Of a stretch of 32,000 nucleotides of DNA, positions 9,234-17,481 are shown one piece after another. The notes beneath the pieces are model-generated. The model saw only the letters and a list, made by a program, of their open reading frames with translations, did no database searches and was not told the DNA's origin. The stretch comes from Candidatus Thorarchaeota archaeon. Lineage in GTDB: Archaea; Asgardarchaeota; Thorarchaeia; Thorarchaeales; Thorarchaeaceae. How positions within the stretch are numbered: position 1 is the stretch's first letter; every line of letters starts with the position of its first letter. The stretch is taken from the NCBI GenBank assembly GCA_008080745.1, contig SHMX01000001.1, positions 420,001 to 452,000 of the forward strand. Reading direction: 5' to 3'. The translations under genes and the position numbers were made by a program.

Positions 9234-10583
9234 CTAACCAGATGTCACTCTGGCAGAGTCAATCACAAGAGATGGGCTGATTATGGATGATGCTACTCTT
9301 GTATCATCCCCCACTCGATGAATTCTCTTAAGTAATTCCATCATATTGATGCCAACTAGAGTGTTCTTGACGGGATGAATAATTTCACCTTTCTCGATAT
9401 AGAAACCCTCCATAAGCATAGCGCTCAATTCACCCGTGGTTAGGTTAGGTCTATCAGCAGTATACTTGCACAAGACGCCCCTTTTAACCTCAGAAATTAA
9501 ATCATCCAGACTGCCTTTTCCAGATGAAATGACAAAGTTTGAAGAAGAGATTGAAGGTGTGCCAGAATAGGATGGACGCGCTGCATTACCAGTGTTTGTA
9601 ACTTGATCTTTGTTCGCAGTATAGGAATTATGAAGCAAGCTTTTCAGGATGCCTTTTTCTAGAATGGTTGTCTGTTGTGAGGGGTATCCTTCTGCGTCAT
9701 AAGGTCGTGAACCAATTCCAGCCTTTAATAATCCATTATCAATGATATTTACCTGCTCAGAGGCTATCTCATTTCCCAATGCATCATGGATATATGAACG
9801 ACCATACTGTACCTCTTCAGCATTTACCGCGGATGCAAAACCAGCACCCATTACTGTTGCAACAGCAAGAGGAGCGAGAATTACAGACATATCACCACCC
9901 TCTATTGTTTTCCCACCTAAGCCTTCAAGAGCTTGTTCTGTTGCTTTCGAACCGATATATTCCGGGTTTATTTCTGTGAGCTTTCGTGAAATCTGATATT
10001 CATAACTAGAAGTTTGTTCTCCATCCAATTTCACTGTAGGATAGCTGTAAATATAGAAGGAGGTGGATTCTGCAGATTGAGATATACCAACAGAATTAGC
10101 AATTGCCCTCTGCGAATGAGATGCATTTAGAGTAGATTCAACAGCAATTTCTGCATTTCCAGAAACATCTATTGAAGCGTCAACAGTTCGCATGATTAGA
10201 TCAGCAGCTAATTCCGATTGCAGATCACGAATCTCCGGGTCAACCAACCCTTTGATTACCGGATATTTTCCAGTATAGGATGGAAGTGAAACAAAATCAG
10301 GGTCTGGGACTGATGCTTTAGCAATTCTCACTGCATCTTCAGCTATCTTAGTTATATCATCATCCAGAACTGTAGTAACATACGCAAAACCAATACCGTT
10401 GTCAACAATGACCCTAATACCGCATCCAGCATCTCGAATTTCGGATGCCGTCTTGATTGTATTGTTCTCTACTTCAATAGAGAAGGACCTTGCAGATGCC
10501 ACATAGGCTTCTGCTTGCTGTGCTCCAAATCTTTCTGCCTCACTCACGGCATTCTCAGCTAGTTCAAGCAGTTTTTCCGACAC
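9234..10583 (-). CDS. pmbA: PmbA/TldE-family protein
   Basis: AEAYV..A....IEVEN, G.GIRV, PYDAEG, GILKSLLHNSY, TGNA.R; no HExxH. Start reassigned to GTG 10583, 7 nt after GGAGGG and just behind the tldD stop. Confidence 0.88.
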   Translation of the reverse strand: MSEKLLELAENAVSEAERFGAQQAEAYVASARSFSIEVENNTIKTASEIRDAGCGIRVIVDNGIGFAYVTTVLDDDITKIAEDAVRIAKASVPDPDFVSLPSYTGKYPVIKGLVDPEIRDLQSELAADLIMRTVDASIDVSGNAEIAVESTLNASHSQRAIANSVGISQSAESTSFYIYSYPTVKLDGEQTSSYEYQISRKLTEINPEYIGSKATEQALEGLGGKTIEGGDMSVILAPLAVATVMGAGFASAVNAEEVQYGRSYIHDALGNEIASEQVNIIDNGLLKAGIGSRPYDAEGYPSQQTTILEKGILKSLLHNSYTANKDQVTNTGNAARPSYSGTPSISSSNFVISSGKGSLDDLISEVKRGVLCKYTADRPNLTTGELSAMLMEGFYIEKGEIIHPVKNTLVGINMMELLKRIHRVGDDTRVASSIISPSLVIDSARVTSG

Positions 10584-10584
10584 A

Positions 10585-11976
10585 CTACATCCCTCCCACC
10601 GGAATCTCAATAATGCGTGCATGCGGCCCACCCGACATATCAGGCACGGATTGGCCATTCTTTCCACAGGTACCCGCTTCAAGTTGGAAATCGTTCCCAA
10701 CAGCATCAATTTTACTTAGTATATCCAGAATCTGCCCTGCAAGAGAAACATCTCTAACCATTTGTCCCAGTTCACCGTTCTCAATCATATAACCATGGCT
10801 AGCTTGAAACATGAACTGACCCTTTGCGGGTTCTGTATAACCATAATTAAAATTACAAAGAAGAATGCCATTCTTTGTTTCAGCAATTATTTCATCACGT
10901 TCCCAATCCCCAGGTTCCATGAAGGTATTGCTCATTCGAGGAATGGGTACATCCATAAAAGATTGAGCCCGAGCAGAGCCATTAGTGGTCATATCAAGAC
11001 GTGATGCGGTTTCAAGAGAATGCAATAGTTCGGTCAAGATTCCATCTTTGACAAGACATCGTTTCTGTGTCTTAGTCCCCTCCCAGTCGTATTCAAATGA
11101 TCCTCGCATCTCAGGAATGGTGGGATCGTCACTAATATTGAGATGATCAGGTCCAACTGACATGTCCAACTTGTCCTCAAGTACTGTTGCGTGTGCTAAA
11201 AAACCGTCAGCCTCACAAGCATGTCCAAAAGCCTCATGAACCATTACTCCATTGAGGACAGGGTCCATAACGACATCATATGTTCCGCCCTTCGCAGCTT
11301 TCGAGTCGAGAAGTTCTATTGCCTTTTTCGCGGATTCGGTCCCAATATTCTGAGGGCGTTCTTGTTCTATTTTTTCGAAGCCACCCAAAGTACCAAATGA
11401 TCGATAGGCACGCTGGCGATTGGACCCCTCCTTAGCAGTTGTAACCGATACAATACGAGGGAGAGAATTCTCACGATAGATGGAAGTACCAAAAGAGTTG
11501 ACTACATACAAATTTGTCCACAATTCGCCATAGACAGTTCGAGTGTTTGTTACACGTTCATCATAGACTCTAGCTTGGTCATCTATTGTCTTTGTATAGT
11601 GGATTTTATCTTCAATCGGGATATCTCGGAAGTCTTTCTTTGGCTTGAAGAAGACCCTATCAGTATATGTAGGGCCATGTATCTCAAAAGACTCTTTTAC
11701 TCGATGTTTAGTAGCTAAAGCAAGTTTTGCAACAGACTTTCCCGTTTCTCTCATTCCAGAGGGGGTCATATCTGTTGTCTGAGCAAAGGCCCATGCACCA
11801 CCAACAAATGCACGAATTCCAGCTCCCTTCAAATGAGATGATAGTGCTCGCTTAGTAATACCATCTGTCATCTCTATGATTGTGGATATAGAGTTCTCAA
11901 TTCGTACATCAACAAAAGAAACCCCAGTTTCTAGTGCTGCGCTAATTGCAATGTTTGCCAAGTCTTCCATAGACAT
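10585..11976 (-). CDS. tldD: TldD-family metalloprotease
   Basis: HEAFGHACEAD zinc motif, DWEG, PIPRMSNTFM and C-terminal CGK.GQSVP...GGPH. Paired with pmbA. Confidence 0.93.
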   Translation of the reverse strand: MSMEDLANIAISAALETGVSFVDVRIENSISTIIEMTDGITKRALSSHLKGAGIRAFVGGAWAFAQTTDMTPSGMRETGKSVAKLALATKHRVKESFEIHGPTYTDRVFFKPKKDFRDIPIEDKIHYTKTIDDQARVYDERVTNTRTVYGELWTNLYVVNSFGTSIYRENSLPRIVSVTTAKEGSNRQRAYRSFGTLGGFEKIEQERPQNIGTESAKKAIELLDSKAAKGGTYDVVMDPVLNGVMVHEAFGHACEADGFLAHATVLEDKLDMSVGPDHLNISDDPTIPEMRGSFEYDWEGTKTQKRCLVKDGILTELLHSLETASRLDMTTNGSARAQSFMDVPIPRMSNTFMEPGDWERDEIIAETKNGILLCNFNYGYTEPAKGQFMFQASHGYMIENGELGQMVRDVSLAGQILDILSKIDAVGNDFQLEAGTCGKNGQSVPDMSGGPHARIIEIPVGGM

Positions 11977-12155
11977 CGCCTATAAATTGGCCAACATCAC
12001 GAGATGGGAGTTTTAACCGATTCGATTAAGGCGGAAAATCTGATGTGAGAACGCTCACAACCCACCTCTGAAAGAAGGACGAAGTATTACCTGAACAATA
12101 CTCAGGTTATTGACGTAATATGTGCTCAATATAGTTGCACTTGGAGGACTATTAG

Positions 12156-13712
12156 TTGACACGAGATACAGATCGGGAAACTTGTAAGATATGTAGAGAT
12201 GCGAGAGCTACACATCTCTGTCAAGGTTGTGGCGAACTACTTTGTTTGGAATGTCAAGGAACTAGATCTAGTGTGTTCTATGTCTGTAACGAATGTCATC
12301 ATGTTCTTGGAACCCCCCAACCAGGCGAATCTTTTGAGAAATGTCCAGAGTGCGATTCTGACGATCTTGGTGAAGGAAAACGAGTCGAAAACATATGTCC
12401 TCGCTGTCATTCCACAGAAACAATTGTTCTTGAAGAAAAGAGGAGAACTTTGACAATGAATATGCGTCATGCGATACAGAGTTTATCCTATGGCCATACT
12501 AAACTTCGAGAGTTCCAAAGTAGATTTACAAGTGCAAAAAGACTGCTTGTATCACTAAGGATGGCTAATTTCCTTCATTATCATTGGCTAGAGAGCAAGA
12601 TAGAAGATATGCAAGAAGAAATCCCAGCAGTTAAAACTAGAATTGCTAGTCAAGCAGAGATAGTTGCGAAACAGATCGCGGCAGAAACGAAGGGTCTAAT
12701 GGATTATAATGACTGGGAGCCGTCACAGTTTCCTTTCATCGAAGGAGTAACCAATAGGGTAAATGAGCTTGGAAAACAATACAGAAGAAATGTTGATGAG
12801 TCGCTTCAACGAATATTATTGAAAATAGAAGAATTAGAAAAACAACTAGATGGATTGAATTATTATAGAAATGAATTTAGCGATTTTTATGAATATGCTG
12901 AGCTATCAGTAAATGAATTACCAGTTTGTGCGTTTCCTGATGTAAAACTAACAGGAAGCGACTTCATAAAAGCAGACAAGTCTACTGGTACCCTTTTTAT
13001 CACAAACAAGCGTGTTGTCTTCATAGCTGAAACTGGAATAGTGAGAAAAAAGACCGATATTGTATTTGATTATCCTCTAATCTACCTGAATTCAATAGGA
13101 GAGGATGGAAGGATACGAAAGAGAGTTGTACTAAAATTCAAACAGGGAGAGGTCAAAATAACATGCTGTGAGCAAACTGAGCGGGTGTTACCAGACTATA
13201 TCGAGATTGCTAGAAAATTCGATAAATATATCCAAACCGATCTCCAAAGAGTCAGAAAACTTGAGCAGGGAGACTTGAATATTAGTGAGGTCAGAATGAA
13301 AATTGAGAACCTTGTCTACTCGCTCTTAGCACCAACCAGAGCAATGCGAGATACAAAACAATCAGAACGCCGGTCTTCCGAATACACTAGACCATGGGAT
13401 ACAGGAAGAATTGTCAACCCTTCAGGATATGACAGGCAGCCAAGAAGAAACTTTAGAGACCATCTTGAAGGAACCATTAGTAGGGGCAGTCAGGATGCAA
13501 CACAGTATCGAAGAAACCCCGAAATCAGAGGATTAGAACGGGAACTCCATAATCTAGAGAATGCCATGAGGAATATGGTTCATCTTTTCAGAGATGGAAG
13601 AATGGTCCCAGAAGAGTTCATCCGGAGATACAAGAGTTTGATGAGGGACTCTTTCTTTACCAAGAAGCGAATTAGCGATATTACCAGAGAAACTCAAGAT
13701 TTCCGATGGTGA
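12156..13712 (+). CDS. Putative ESCRT-I-like subunit: Zn fingers (6 CxxC), coiled coil, GRAM/PH-like domain, C-terminal steadiness-box-like hairpin
   Basis: TTG start after GGAGG. CKIC/CQGC/CLEC/CNEC/CPEC/CPRC, then long heptad helices, GTLFITNKRVVFIAE (GRAM/GLUE-like), and ENAMRNMVHLFRDGRMVPEEFIRRYKSLMRDSF resembling the Vps23/Tsg101 core. Abuts the ESCRT-III gene. Confidence 0.65.
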   Translation: MTRDTDRETCKICRDARATHLCQGCGELLCLECQGTRSSVFYVCNECHHVLGTPQPGESFEKCPECDSDDLGEGKRVENICPRCHSTETIVLEEKRRTLTMNMRHAIQSLSYGHTKLREFQSRFTSAKRLLVSLRMANFLHYHWLESKIEDMQEEIPAVKTRIASQAEIVAKQIAAETKGLMDYNDWEPSQFPFIEGVTNRVNELGKQYRRNVDESLQRILLKIEELEKQLDGLNYYRNEFSDFYEYAELSVNELPVCAFPDVKLTGSDFIKADKSTGTLFITNKRVVFIAETGIVRKKTDIVFDYPLIYLNSIGEDGRIRKRVVLKFKQGEVKITCCEQTERVLPDYIEIARKFDKYIQTDLQRVRKLEQGDLNISEVRMKIENLVYSLLAPTRAMRDTKQSERRSSEYTRPWDTGRIVNPSGYDRQPRRNFRDHLEGTISRGSQDATQYRRNPEIRGLERELHNLENAMRNMVHLFRDGRMVPEEFIRRYKSLMRDSFFTKKRISDITRETQDFRW

Positions 13713-14336
13713 TTACATCCCAAGTTCTTTCTCTAGCGATTTAATCTCGTCTTCTAATTCTTCTGTTTCCGAAACTGGGCCTGCTGGAGCCGCTTCAGCA
13801 ACTCCCGCTTCACGATCAATTTCAGCCATTGCTGCTGTGAGGTCATCAGTAGTAACTCGACTTTCACCTGTCGAATCAAATGCTTCTTCAGTGATACTGC
13901 TCTCTATCTCAAATTCTTCCAGTCTTCGAGATATTTCATCTATGTTCTCAACAACCTTCGTAGCGTCAGTAGAGTCACCAAGAAGACCTAATATTTTGGA
14001 TACACGTTCTACAATCTTGGTTGCTTGTGCAGTGGTCTGTGCACGAGTCACATGTGCAAGTATCTTTAGAAGCTGTAATCGAGACCTATCGATAGATAAA
14101 GCATATCTTCTGAAACGAACCATCTCTGTTGCATACATTCGATAGGCATCAGTACGTCCCTCTTTCCGAGCACGGACAGCACGAGCCTTAACATCGCGTT
14201 CTTCTTTTTCCAATTTGTTGCGTTGGCGTTCCAGTTGTTTTGTCATGATACGTAGCTGACTTGTTACTTCTGCAATGTCGGGTTTCTTTCGACCCCATGA
14301 AAATGCCTTTTTTAACGCATCCAAGAATATCACCAT
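13713..14336 (-). CDS. ESCRT-III subunit (Snf7 family, Vps2/24/46-like)
   Basis: Basic N-terminal helical hairpin (QLERQRNKLEKEE..VK..A..ARKEG...YRMYA.E.VR.R), acidic C-terminal half (DDLTAAMAEIDREAG) and MIM1-like tail EELEDEIKSLEKEL. Start is ATG 14336, or TTG 14324 after GGTGAT. Confidence 0.88.
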   Translation of the reverse strand: MVIFLDALKKAFSWGRKKPDIAEVTSQLRIMTKQLERQRNKLEKEERDVKARAVRARKEGRTDAYRMYATEMVRFRRYALSIDRSRLQLLKILAHVTRAQTTAQATKIVERVSKILGLLGDSTDATKVVENIDEISRRLEEFEIESSITEEAFDSTGESRVTTDDLTAAMAEIDREAGVAEAAPAGPVSETEELEDEIKSLEKELGM

Positions 14337-14428
14337 CGGGAAGGTATCTTCCATCCAAAGGTATGAGGCAGTGCGTTTAAACCTTCGCAGAGAGGAGTAT
14401 GATAAAGCAATTACACTCATAACACGGA

Positions 14429-14440
14429 AGGTTTTAACCT
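14429..14440. promoter_or_regulatory. Candidate bidirectional TATA element between ESCRT-III and vps4
   Basis: AGGTTTTAACCT reads TTTTAA on + and TTAAAA on -, each with a purine-rich BRE-like upstream flank. It lies about 30 nt before the vps4 ATG. The same GTTTTAACC string occurs upstream of tldD (12010-12018). Confidence 0.45.
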
Positions 14441-14468
14441 GTTCAGAGCTTTGAAGTAGTGAGTAATC

Positions 14469-15695
14469 ATGTCAGGAAGTGGTGGCGATCGAGTCGACAG
14501 GGGTCTCAAGGCCCTGCTTGATAAAGCGATAGAGCTTGACAGGCGAGGAATGAATAAAGAAGCATGTGAGTATTATCTAAAATCCAGTAAGATTCTACTT
14601 AAATTATCAAATTCAGCATCGCTTCCGTCCATTCGAAAACACTACTTTGATCGAGCTCAAGAGTGCGTCGATAGAGTACGATATCTGACAGGTATTAAAA
14701 AGAAATCAAGAGGGCCAGTAGAAGGATTGAGTACTATCCCCGCCTCCGAATCCAGCTCAACAAGCTCAAGGCCTGCTGAAACGGAAGAACCAGAGAAGGA
14801 AGAGGACACTGATACTCGACGCCTCCAAGAAATGATTGCAGATACAATAATCACCGAACGCCCGGATATCAAGATGACCGAGATAGCAGGATTAGAAGAT
14901 GCAAAACAAGCAATACAAGACGCAATAATTGCCCCAGCCAAGCATCCAGAATTGTTCAAAGGCAAGTCTCGCCAACCTTGGAGAGGTATCCTTTTCTATG
15001 GACCTGCAGGATGTGGGAAAACTCTTATCGCTAAAGCAGTAGCAGCAGAGGTCAATGCAACATTCTTCAACGTTTCAGCAGCAAATATTGTTAGTAAATG
15101 GCTTGGAGAATCAGAGCGATTGATCATGACACTCTTTGATCTTGCAAGAAAGAATCAACCTGCCATTATATTTATGGATGAGTTGGATTCAGTTGGAGTA
15201 GCTAGGTCGGGAGATGATGTAGGTGGAGAACGCCGGTTGAAGACACAATTGCTAACTGAACTTCAAGGTCTTGCTAGCAAACAGGAAGATCGGATTACTG
15301 TTATTGGTGCAACTAATCTGCCTTGGGAAATTGATTTTGCGCTTAGATCCCGTTTTGAGAAACGGATTCATGTACCATTACCAGACAAAGAGGCAAGAAC
15401 CGAGATATTTAGGATACATATGGAAGAGATAGAAATTGGATCTGATGTTGATTTTGAAGAGCTAGCTGATTTGAGTGAGGGTTATAGTGGCAGAGATATC
15501 AGCGTTGTATGTAGAGAGGCAGCTATGGAACCAATAAGAGACCTTCAAAAAACAGGCCGGATGGATGAAGAAGGGGAGATTCTAGCCCTTAGACCAGTAT
15601 CACGGGAAGACTTTCTACAAGCTATTGATAATATCAGACCCGCAACGTCTCCAGAGGATATTAAGAAATACATTGACTGGGCGGAGGGCTCCTAA
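14469..15695 (+). CDS. vps4: Vps4-type AAA+ ATPase with N-terminal MIT domain
   Basis: MIT three-helix region (A.ELD..G..KEA.EYY), Walker A GPAGCGKT, pore loop SKWLGESE, Walker B IIFMDELD, and ATNLPWEID.A..SRFEKRI. Confidence 0.93.
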   Translation: MSGSGGDRVDRGLKALLDKAIELDRRGMNKEACEYYLKSSKILLKLSNSASLPSIRKHYFDRAQECVDRVRYLTGIKKKSRGPVEGLSTIPASESSSTSSRPAETEEPEKEEDTDTRRLQEMIADTIITERPDIKMTEIAGLEDAKQAIQDAIIAPAKHPELFKGKSRQPWRGILFYGPAGCGKTLIAKAVAAEVNATFFNVSAANIVSKWLGESERLIMTLFDLARKNQPAIIFMDELDSVGVARSGDDVGGERRLKTQLLTELQGLASKQEDRITVIGATNLPWEIDFALRSRFEKRIHVPLPDKEARTEIFRIHMEEIEIGSDVDFEELADLSEGYSGRDISVVCREAAMEPIRDLQKTGRMDEEGEILALRPVSREDFLQAIDNIRPATSPEDIKKYIDWAEGS

Positions 15696-15698
15696 ATC

Positions 15699-16421
15699 GT
15701 GAGTACACGAGAACGGTCACGTAAGACGGAAGAAAAGACTAAATCAAAGACGGTAGAGAAAAAATCTGATAGTTCTGAGAAGAGCAAAAGTAAGCAAAGT
15801 GAAAGCTTGAGATCTTCAAGACCCACAGAAATTGAAAAACTAACGTCTATTTCTTCCTCCGAAACTCAACAGGCTATTAGTGAGGAAACTACGGAGGTTG
15901 ATCAAGCTCTTGAAATACTACTCCCAATTTGGGGAGACAGAAATGAGAGTGAGTGGATGTACCACGTCCCAGAAAGAAAAGAGGATAGGGGAATGTGGGC
16001 ACAGGAATGGGCTGACTTTCTGCTTGAATGGACGCAAAATAAAGTCGTTCATGTCATTTCTGTAACGATGTTCATCAAGGAGGCACCATTCAATGATATC
16101 CTGGGTAAGTCAGATGCCTTCAAAATGATTGGAGATGCATTGGTAGATAAGGAAATGGCGGATTGGACCAGTCGAAAGAAACGGCAACTCCGAGTGTATT
16201 GGAGACCTCTAGAGGAATGGGCAGATATTATTTATCAGTGGGCATTAGATACGGGACATACAAGGCTTGATGTCAAGTCAATCATGATTCAAGAGGCGGA
16301 TCAAGATTTTGCATCACTTCCTGAGAAGGACCTTCATATTGTTATCGAGCTCATGGTGGAAAAAGAATTAGCAGAATGGGTAGACAAGAAGAGAGGAGCA
16401 ATCAAAGTAAATATCATCTAG
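15699..16421 (+). CDS. vps25: ESCRT-II subunit Vps25 homolog with a low-complexity N-terminal extension
   Basis: R..W.QEW.DFLLEW, YWRPLEEWADIIYQW and tandem winged-helix pattern (L...G/K.AEW). GTG start 3 nt after the vps4 stop. The first ~65 aa are S/K/E/T-rich. Confidence 0.82.
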   Translation: MSTRERSRKTEEKTKSKTVEKKSDSSEKSKSKQSESLRSSRPTEIEKLTSISSSETQQAISEETTEVDQALEILLPIWGDRNESEWMYHVPERKEDRGMWAQEWADFLLEWTQNKVVHVISVTMFIKEAPFNDILGKSDAFKMIGDALVDKEMADWTSRKKRQLRVYWRPLEEWADIIYQWALDTGHTRLDVKSIMIQEADQDFASLPEKDLHIVIELMVEKELAEWVDKKRGAIKVNII

Positions 16422-16437
16422 GCAACGCTCGCAATTC

Positions 16438-17196
16438 CTATGCAGATGGAATCTGAGTGTTGTCTGATTCTTCTCTAGAACGGAGACCAGGGAACCAGTA
16501 TCTGCCACCTGTAGAAAATCTACGATCTGCTACAGCCATACCAGCATCAACTAAACTGCTTAACACCTGTCTAGCATGATCTTCTGACCACTTCAGACGC
16601 ATCATAATTTCCTCAATTGATGTGAATCCCTTTGAGGCTGCCAGATTGATCACATCTGATTGATCGCGACGTAGCTCGAGGGGACGAAGTTCGACCACCT
16701 TTACTCCACATCTAAGGGTCCGTATTCCAGGGATGAGACCATGTTCTGCAACCATATCCACTGCTTGAATTACATCATTGTAGGAAACAGATTTTAGTTG
16801 GGGAATTTTTCGTACAACCTCAACAATTAATTCAGCAAGCCCCATCAACCCTTTTGCTGAATTAGCAGTAGCAACATCTAGAACTGCTAAACCAATAAAA
16901 TCGTAGTATTCTTCTTTTGTCATATCTTTTGGAAAAGCCTCACCACGATTAGATGTTAAATCTAGCATCCGTAAAGCCTCAGGAAAGTCGTGGATGAATA
17001 TTTCACTTCCGAGAAAAGACTGAACATCAAATCCAGAACGCCTCAATTCTTCAACATAATTATTGACCTCGTATAGTAGTGCCTCTGATTCTCTCTGATA
17101 TGACCGGATGTCGACAACGCCAAGATCGAACATCTTTTTGAGTTGGTCGAGTGTTGCAATTGAGGCGTATAACTCAGATTGAAGTCGGTTTTGCAT
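16438..17196 (-). CDS. Fusion protein: Vps28 N-terminal (ESCRT-I) hairpin plus Vps22/EAP30 (ESCRT-II) winged-helix domains
   Basis: aa 1-80 SELYASIATLDQLKKMFDLGVVD..SY......LL is Vps28N-like. aa ~93-240 YYDFIGLAVLDV..GLM.L.EL, P.EL..DQ..V..LA..KG, LKWSEDHARQVL..LV..GMA, YWFPGL is Vps22-like. Confidence 0.8.
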   Translation of the reverse strand: MQNRLQSELYASIATLDQLKKMFDLGVVDIRSYQRESEALLYEVNNYVEELRRSGFDVQSFLGSEIFIHDFPEALRMLDLTSNRGEAFPKDMTKEEYYDFIGLAVLDVATANSAKGLMGLAELIVEVVRKIPQLKSVSYNDVIQAVDMVAEHGLIPGIRTLRCGVKVVELRPLELRRDQSDVINLAASKGFTSIEEIMMRLKWSEDHARQVLSSLVDAGMAVADRRFSTGGRYWFPGLRSREESDNTQIPSA

Positions 17197-17481
17197 TAGC
17201 CATTATCCGTCCATGGAGAGTATACTGTTCACTCGTCAGATAAGTTGTACATAGAAAATGAGGCTTTAAGACCAAGTATTATATGCTTGTTAGCAATTCG
17301 TGCTAATTGCCATCAGTTGTGACGCTCGCAACCCTTTTCATTATAATAGAACAAACCGTTGATTATTGCATGAATTCCTAGAAAACACTTATAGGTGTGG
17401 AAAAAACTGCATGCTTGTTTCTGGCGGTTTACAGACGTCAGGAGAGAGAATAACACTAGGAATAGTGTTGGAGGATAAGAT

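Noticed and set aside
10584-10709. Long N-terminal extensions in track ORFs (pmbA from 10709, ESCRT-III from 14420, 25651, nfo from 2704)
   Set aside because: They overlap upstream genes or promoter regions. Better SD-supported or coupled starts exist downstream.
9234-11976. TldD/PmbA as a dedicated maturation protease for the secreted protein at 17482 (microcin-like system)
   Set aside because: TldDE is a widespread cytoplasmic protease, lies 5.5 kb away across the ESCRT locus, and no precursor peptide or modification enzymes are present.
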